From IMG/VR virus record IMGVR_UViG_3300027608_000014, positions 1 to 64,000 of that record: DNA of 64,000 nucleotides. One strand, given 5' to 3'. Of the stretch, positions 58,016 to 64,000 are shown piece by piece. The DNA is from a virus. The notes beneath the pieces are model-generated. The model was not told the DNA's origin. It ran no database searches and saw nothing but the letters and a program-made list of their open reading frames with translations. Both the position numbers and the translations under genes were made by a program. Numbering within the stretch: position 1 is the stretch's first letter; every line of letters starts with the position of its first letter.

Positions 58016-59425
58016 ATGTCTAGCGATCAAGTCATCAAACCCACCGTCACCGTCATCAACCCTACCGTCACCGTCATCATGGGTACAAATACCCTGATGA
58101 ATCCGACGCTTTCCATATTGACTCCTACGATTCCTCGTCGCTCTGCGGAGTTGGTACGGCTAAGAAAGTCTATCGAAGATAGTCTGATTCACTCCGGAGT
58201 TGACCCTCAGCAGGTCGAGCATTGCATTTTGGGGGATGATGAAAAAGTCTGCAGTATCGGGGAGAAGCGAAATCAGTTGATGGATATGGCTCGAGGAAAG
58301 TATATTGCTTTTGTGGATGACGATGACGTTGTGACCCCTGAATACATCGGGCGCATACTCGAAGCCGCTGCTCTTGATCCTGATGTCATTACTTTTAAAC
58401 AGCATGCCACAATTAACGGAGTCCATGCAACAGTTGAGTTTAAGCTAGGTAATCCGAACGATGCCTTTCCGGGCGATGGCACTGTTCGTCGTAATGCTTG
58501 GCATCTTTGTGCGTGGCGTAAAACTGTTGCCATTAAAAGTCGGTTCCCTCACACCAGCTATTGGGAGGACATAAACTGGGCTAAGCCTTTGTGGCAATTA
58601 CGCAATCTTCGAGAGCAGCACATTCCGGAGACGCTCTATATTTATCGCCACGATTCTGCAACTACCTCCGTAGGTCCGCCGAAGCCCCCCATTCGAAAAC
58701 ATGTCATCAACCCCACTGTCACCGTAATCATGGACACAATCGGTGGGCATCAAGATCAAATTGGCGACACCATCAAGTCGTTTCTGGCCCAGGACTACCC
58801 ACTCTGCAGACTACTGATCTTTAATCGACATCCATCACCACTTATCATAAAAGGCCTCTCAGATGAGGCAAGGATGCGGATCGAAATTATCAATGAGCAA
58901 GATACTTACCTGCGTCCAGTGTATCAGCACATGGCAAATATGAAGGCTATCCGTACTGATTGTTGGACCATTTTAGATGACGACGACCTCCTTGAGCCAG
59001 ACCACATCTCACAACTCGTCGGATTCTGGAACACTTGCGTCGACCGCACAGCAGATCCTCTTTCTGTCAGCTCCATGAATTATATGGTCCACTATGAGGA
59101 TAGCACGCATCCGATGCACTTCCGTGGATGGGCTGTGACACTTTTTGAAAGACTCAAACCAGACGAGGTTGATCTTTGCTTTAAGCTGTTTCCGCCCGAT
59201 ATTGTGTGTGGTAGCGACACCTGGATTGCCGGGTGCTCTTACTTTGATCGGCGCGACTTCGACGGAAAACCAACGTATCATTGGGATCGCAAGGGTAACA
59301 GCCATGTCTCCCAGCACGAAACTAACCGAGGTGATACCCCTGTGGGCGTATTCGCCATTATCGAGAACTACTGGCGAATCAAAATTGCTAGTCGCGGCAT
59401 GACTCTCAATCCAGTAATTCTGTAA
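58016..59425 (+). CDS. Double-domain GT2 (GT-A fold) glycosyltransferase
   Basis: Domain 1: LSILTPT...RN...ARGKYIAFVDDDD...ED..W. Domain 2: VTVIMDT...SFLAQDYP...LDDDD...SD.W. Confidence 0.85.
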   Translation: MSSDQVIKPTVTVINPTVTVIMGTNTLMNPTLSILTPTIPRRSAELVRLRKSIEDSLIHSGVDPQQVEHCILGDDEKVCSIGEKRNQLMDMARGKYIAFVDDDDVVTPEYIGRILEAAALDPDVITFKQHATINGVHATVEFKLGNPNDAFPGDGTVRRNAWHLCAWRKTVAIKSRFPHTSYWEDINWAKPLWQLRNLREQHIPETLYIYRHDSATTSVGPPKPPIRKHVINPTVTVIMDTIGGHQDQIGDTIKSFLAQDYPLCRLLIFNRHPSPLIIKGLSDEARMRIEIINEQDTYLRPVYQHMANMKAIRTDCWTILDDDDLLEPDHISQLVGFWNTCVDRTADPLSVSSMNYMVHYEDSTHPMHFRGWAVTLFERLKPDEVDLCFKLFPPDIVCGSDTWIAGCSYFDRRDFDGKPTYHWDRKGNSHVSQHETNRGDTPVGVFAIIENYWRIKIASRGMTLNPVIL

Positions 59426-59470
59426 TTCTGTAATTCTGTAATTTCAAGGGTATAACTTTAATTTGATACT

Positions 59471-60034
59471 ATGAGCCTAGAGCGTATTACCGCAAGACAC
59501 CCTACTGATAAAATGTCGGTTCACTCATACATTCCTATTTATGAGCGGCTGTTTGCTAAATTTAAGGAAAGCCATGGACGAGTCCTGGAGATTGGCACGT
59601 TAGACGGCGGCTCTCTACGTGCCTGGGAAGATTGGTTTACAAAAGCCAGTATCGTGGGAGTGGATATAAATCCTAAGCCACCTTACATCGAAGGACGCGA
59701 AAGGATTCATCATATCAGAGGAGACGCCTACACTGAGGAAGTTTTTCACAAACTTGAGGCCATTGGAGACTATAACATCATTATTGATGATGGTCTGCAC
59801 GAGCTCGATGCTCAATGCACCTTCTGCGCAAATTATGTAAAGCTCCTTGCTCCAGGAGGAATAGCTGCAGTTGAGGACGTCCAAGATCCTGCACATGCTA
59901 AGGCTCTATCTGCGGCAGTACCGGAAGGGTTTCATAGCGTACTGGTCGACCTTCGATATATCAAAAAAAATCGCCATGACGATCTGCTTTTTCTGATCTG
60001 GCAAAAGTCAGCCACCTTTGAGCCGACATTATGA
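59471..60034 (+). CDS. Class I SAM-dependent methyltransferase (MycE-like sugar O-methyltransferase type)
   Basis: TDK...HSY..IYE; VLEIG...GGSL; VGVDI; IIDDGLH; VEDV. Confidence 0.8.
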   Translation: MSLERITARHPTDKMSVHSYIPIYERLFAKFKESHGRVLEIGTLDGGSLRAWEDWFTKASIVGVDINPKPPYIEGRERIHHIRGDAYTEEVFHKLEAIGDYNIIIDDGLHELDAQCTFCANYVKLLAPGGIAAVEDVQDPAHAKALSAAVPEGFHSVLVDLRYIKKNRHDDLLFLIWQKSATFEPTL

Positions 60035-60094
60035 TTGCTCCTGCAAGCGTCATTTGAGTAGAGCAATTCTCAAATATCTGTATAATCACCAACA

Positions 60095-61516
60095 ATGAGT
60101 CCCAACCTTATCATTTCAGATGCCGTCCTGGATCTTTCTTCTTATCAGCCCACGAATGAAAAGAGTGCCCCTAGTGGATATGCGTCGTTAAACGCTAGCA
60201 GTGTCGTTCCTCCAGCAGAGCTATTCCCTAACTTCTCGGCGTCACCAGTTGGATCTTTGTGGGTTAAGGGGAGCAGCACGGCAATGGCCGTTCAGGCTGG
60301 AACGACTTTTGATACCAATGGTATCACTGCTGGTCAGGTCAGGGTTGGCTTGATCACTGGCACACAGTACGGAATCGATCAGCAGAGGGCAAGCGCACCA
60401 CTATATCTTCACAGCAGTGCGGGAAGTAATAGGGTATATATTAGCTACAACCAATTTGTCGGCGGCGCAGACTCTGGCGGAAACAACTTTACCTGGAGCG
60501 TAGGTCCAACCGGAACATTTGCACTATTGGGAGGAACATTTGGTGGCACAGTCAACATGACGACCCATCCAATCAGCAACATTACAACTGCCTCTGGATC
60601 AACACTTACTGTTAATTTTGATACAGGGGGAATTGCTTCAACCGGAACAATGGCACTTACCGGTACCGTTACTGTGCCGAATGCCCACACCGGAAGTGTT
60701 GATGGTCGTCCAGTAAACCGAGTATCTGGCGACACCCTTTACGCAAGGAAGGACACAACTAATACCTACAGTCAGGTTCAGACCTTTACTCAGAAGCCAA
60801 CCTTTACCGCTCTGCTAAATCAGAGCGACACTACCGGACTGACAGCAGCTCTAGCTGACAGACTGACAAGATCTACTGGTGGAACAATGGCAGGACCAAT
60901 CGCCATGGGATCCAATAAGATTACCGGACTTGGCGCTCCAACTGCCGCTACTCAGGATGCAGCCACAGCGACTTACGTGGAGTCGTTGTCAACAACATCC
61001 ACTGGTGGAATCCTAACCAACCTAATTGCTACCTCTCCGCTGACCAAGTCCATGGCGGGAAGTGTCACTACGATTTCGCTGCCAGTAGCGTCAAATAGTT
61101 CAGCTGGGTATCTCTCTATATCTGATTGGCAAAAATTCAATTCGACTGCCGCACTGACTACCAATCAGGCCGATGCCACCATCTTTGCGGGTCCAGTCTC
61201 TGGGGCCGACGCCTACCCCACATTTAGAGCTCTAGCGCTGACAGACTTGGCGGATTTCGCATTTACAGCAACTCAAACCTTAACGATTGGACCTGTCTCC
61301 AGCCAGTCTCATGCCGACAGTGCCAACATTTCAGTCGCAGGCGCAGCGGTCGGAAATCCGGTAATCTTAGGTCTCCCTGCTGCGCCGATCGCTGGAATCT
61401 CTTACTTTGCTTATGTCGCCTCGACAAACAATGTAAAGATCAGGGCCCTCAACATAACGGGATCATCCGTCACAGTGACGTCTGCCAGCTACACTGTAAC
61501 CGTCATTAAGACCTAA
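60095..61516 (+). CDS. Fibre-like virion protein
   Basis: GYASLNAS..VP and GGTMAGPIAMGSNKITGLGAPT...DAAT fibre motifs. Confidence 0.6.
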   Translation: MSPNLIISDAVLDLSSYQPTNEKSAPSGYASLNASSVVPPAELFPNFSASPVGSLWVKGSSTAMAVQAGTTFDTNGITAGQVRVGLITGTQYGIDQQRASAPLYLHSSAGSNRVYISYNQFVGGADSGGNNFTWSVGPTGTFALLGGTFGGTVNMTTHPISNITTASGSTLTVNFDTGGIASTGTMALTGTVTVPNAHTGSVDGRPVNRVSGDTLYARKDTTNTYSQVQTFTQKPTFTALLNQSDTTGLTAALADRLTRSTGGTMAGPIAMGSNKITGLGAPTAATQDAATATYVESLSTTSTGGILTNLIATSPLTKSMAGSVTTISLPVASNSSAGYLSISDWQKFNSTAALTTNQADATIFAGPVSGADAYPTFRALALTDLADFAFTATQTLTIGPVSSQSHADSANISVAGAAVGNPVILGLPAAPIAGISYFAYVASTNNVKIRALNITGSSVTVTSASYTVTVIKT

Positions 61517-61520
61517 TTAT

Positions 61521-62246
61521 ATGGCACTATCTACCTACGTCTGGACCAAACAGGTCACTGAGGAGGCAGCGAGCTCGACCTCAGGAAACCAGGCTGGTCA
61601 CCGACTGATTATTGAGATCATAGAGTCATCTATTATTGATGGTAATCCATTTGTTTTTCAAAGGGCAGTAGTGAGCGACGGATCAACAGACTACGAGGAT
61701 GCCTTCTACTCTGTTGCCTCTGTTGTCGATATGGCGGATCTTTCTGTAGATGATCCGGCGACAGGCTCTGTCTTCTACAGAACCAACTCAATTGATCTTT
61801 TTTTCTCGGATCTAGACTCCCTGAATGACGCCATCGTTGATATCAAAGACGCCCTAGGTTCCCTTTGTCTGGCTAATGATACAGCCATCACTCTGACGCC
61901 TGCAGTTATAGATTATTATCCAGAGGGAAGCTACGAGCGTTACTGGGGAGTCTCTGGAAATCCAACTCTAACCAATGCGGAGATCATCGCTCTGGAGCAC
62001 GAGGAAGGAACCGTAAAGGCTACAAGCAAAACTTACGACACCAACGATGCGACTCTATATCTCTATATTGCCTTCAGGGCCGCACTCGGAACTGGGACGT
62101 TTACTCTAAACGGCGCGGCCGTTTCGGGTGGAATGACACTGGCAGTTACGTCTGTGACCAATGCCAATGGATACGCTGCCTCTTACAACGTCTATCGAAC
62201 AACCGTGACCAAGACCGGATCGGCATTAGTCTTAGCTGTAACATGA
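61521..62246 (+). CDS. Putative virion protein
   Basis: 241 aa; beta-rich C-terminal domain. Confidence 0.5.
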   Translation: MALSTYVWTKQVTEEAASSTSGNQAGHRLIIEIIESSIIDGNPFVFQRAVVSDGSTDYEDAFYSVASVVDMADLSVDDPATGSVFYRTNSIDLFFSDLDSLNDAIVDIKDALGSLCLANDTAITLTPAVIDYYPEGSYERYWGVSGNPTLTNAEIIALEHEEGTVKATSKTYDTNDATLYLYIAFRAALGTGTFTLNGAAVSGGMTLAVTSVTNANGYAASYNVYRTTVTKTGSALVLAVT

Positions 62247-62548
62247 TACTAGATCAAAACAAAGTTAGACGGCTGCTGCAGAATGCTGCATTGAGCGTGA
62301 CGATGCCAGAACTGTCTCTGTTTGTCGATCAAGCTAAGGCCGTCAAGTCTATGGTTCTCACTGGAGGTTGTCGTCCATGCCAGGAGAACGCAAAGATGAT
62401 GCCGATCGTTACAAGGGCACAGGACTTCATCTCCAGACTTTCTCCTGAAAGGATTTCAGTATTGAAGTCAATCCTTGGAGTAAGGGACAGGCTATTTTCG
62501 TACTCTCCTGGGAAACATGGCAAGCCGGGACTGGTCGAATTGAAATAG
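62243..62548 (+). CDS. Hypothetical protein (CxxC)
   Basis: 101 aa; GGCRPC; ATGA overlap. Confidence 0.55.
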   Translation: MILDQNKVRRLLQNAALSVTMPELSLFVDQAKAVKSMVLTGGCRPCQENAKMMPIVTRAQDFISRLSPERISVLKSILGVRDRLFSYSPGKHGKPGLVELK

Positions 62549-62613
62549 CTAAAAAAAAGCAATTTTGTTGATGACAGCCTAATCTATCTCCGATACTATC
62601 TACGCACATATAT

Positions 62614-63294
62614 ATGAAGAAACTCATCCTATCCCTTTTCACCCTAACTGCACTTTCCTTCTCTGCCCTCGGCGGTCAGAACGAGAAGTTCACGGGTACC
62701 ACCCAAATCCAAGCGGGCACTCTGACGCTCAAGCCAGGAACGACCCTCACTCTTTCCAATACAGCTTCAGCTCCGCAGCTCGATCGAGCGTTCTATCTTG
62801 GCGAACCAGCAACGTCGCTAACTATTGTTACTGCCACAGCGATTACCGCTGCTGGCACAACCTATACCGTCGCTAACCAGCCCGACGTTCCTCGTTTGCT
62901 TCAGACGGTAAGAGCTCTGACGAGTACTGCCGATACGGGTGTGATTTCAGTAACTATCGTTGGAACCGACACAACTGGCGCTGCTCTTACTGAAACAATT
63001 CTAGTGGCTACTGGTGCAACAACCACCCTTGGAACGAAAGCGTTTAAAACCGTAACGAGCGTTACTCAAGTGGGAACCAACACAGCTGTTGCTGGAGCCG
63101 ATACCGTAGCCGTTACCTGTCAGGGTGTTTATGGACTTCCAGTTATTCCAGTTGAAAACCAGACGTTTGCGATCACGACTTCCGGCAGTACTCTCGCCGC
63201 TTCTGCTGTCGTAACAAATGCCAGCGTTGCCCTTTGCACAGTTGCAGTGGCCTCCAATGGTGGTGCTAAGCTCTGGGTCCACATCGCCCGCTAA
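62614..63294 (+). CDS. Thr-rich beta protein with Sec-type signal peptide
   Basis: MKKLILSLFTLTALSFSALG; ATGACA-N17-TACTAT upstream and a terminator downstream. Confidence 0.6.
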   Translation: MKKLILSLFTLTALSFSALGGQNEKFTGTTQIQAGTLTLKPGTTLTLSNTASAPQLDRAFYLGEPATSLTIVTATAITAAGTTYTVANQPDVPRLLQTVRALTSTADTGVISVTIVGTDTTGAALTETILVATGATTTLGTKAFKTVTSVTQVGTNTAVAGADTVAVTCQGVYGLPVIPVENQTFAITTSGSTLAASAVVTNASVALCTVAVASNGGAKLWVHIAR

Positions 63295-63314
63295 GTAGTT
63301 TCCCCTCACAATCT

Positions 63315-63345
63315 ACCCGACCAGAAATGGTCGGGTTTTTTGTTG
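63315..63345 (+). terminator. Intrinsic terminator
   Basis: ACCCGACCA-GAAA-TGGTCGGGT-TTTTT. Confidence 0.85.
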
Positions 63346-63401
63346 TCGTGATGCAAAGAAGGTCCTTGCGTCGAATCGATTTCTTCGTATTCTTATGCCA
63401 C

Positions 63402-63866
63402 ATGAGAAAACCACTAACCGAAGAACAGAAAGCCAAAAATCGCATATATCGAATGGCCTACTATGAGAAAAATAAAGACCTTGAATTGGCCAGGGCAAAA
63501 GAGTACCAATCAAAAAATCGTGAGAAGCTCAATGATTACTACCGAGAGTATCATGCCAAGGATCGAGAGAAGAACAATGAGTATCATAGGCAATATCGAA
63601 AGGACAATCCTGATAAGATTGCCAGGATTGAGTTTGAGTCCAAAGCTAGAAATCCTCTGAAAGAATGGGCCAAGGATCAGTGCCAGAAGGCCGTTCGTCA
63701 GGGGCTCTTAAGTAGGCCAGATAAGTGCGATAGGTGTCCCACTGCATGCGTACCAGATGGACATCATGAAGATTACAGCAGGCCGTTGGATGTAGTGTGG
63801 CTGTGTCACACTTGTCACGCAGTTGCCGATCGATCTAGGAGGGCTAAGGAGAAAGCCACAAGGTAA
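63402..63866 (+). CDS. HNH endonuclease with basic helical N-terminus
   Basis: Start reassigned to ATG 63402 (TTGCGT-N16-TATTCT upstream). CDRC...HHEDYSRPLDVVWLCHTCH. Confidence 0.8.
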   Translation: MRKPLTEEQKAKNRIYRMAYYEKNKDLELARAKEYQSKNREKLNDYYREYHAKDREKNNEYHRQYRKDNPDKIARIEFESKARNPLKEWAKDQCQKAVRQGLLSRPDKCDRCPTACVPDGHHEDYSRPLDVVWLCHTCHAVADRSRRAKEKATR

Positions 63867-64000
63867 AGATACAAGAGGTCGGAAATGATAGAATATGGGA
63901 CATAATACTTTGTATAGCATATATCTATCAGATACATGTTATACAAAAGGCCTTAGGGCCCAACACATGTCGCAAGACAAAAGTCTTCATCGAGCTGAAC

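Noticed and set aside
59414-59444. GTAATTCT tandem repeat (about 4 copies) at the glycosyltransferase stop
   Set aside because: The stop falls in the second unit, so extra copies would not alter the protein; probably a slippage scar.

Overview
This window is the virion-morphogenesis region of a large, probably jumbo, contractile-tailed (myovirus-like) phage. Every credible gene is on the + strand. Gene order: tail-fibre/adhesin genes (5'-truncated); small accessory genes and a metallophosphoesterase; a C-terminal half of an RNA polymerase beta' subunit; a head module (core/internal proteins, Zn-finger prohead protease, scaffolds, decoration protein, major capsid protein); neck, sheath, tube and spike; tail chaperone with a -1 frameshift site; tape measure; baseplate with an embedded sigma-70-like gene; five paralogous fibre-scaffold genes; a collagen (GPT)n fibre followed by a double GT2 glycosyltransferase and a sugar O-methyltransferase-like gene; further virion genes and HNH endonucleases. 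No portal, terminase large subunit, tRNA, rRNA or CRISPR array was recognised. The most striking feature is a candidate 'K-x-A cargo-cassette' system. Head-module proteins are densely punctuated by K-x-A motifs. Several hypervariable polyprotein-like genes carry a conserved helical leader, [FY]-x3-[YF]-x3-[LMFV]-x-K-x-A, share near-identical DNA modules, and contain in-frame cassettes bounded by direct repeats and K-x-A sites; one cassette looks like a muralytic domain. All product calls come from motif recognition and synteny by eye, not database searches.
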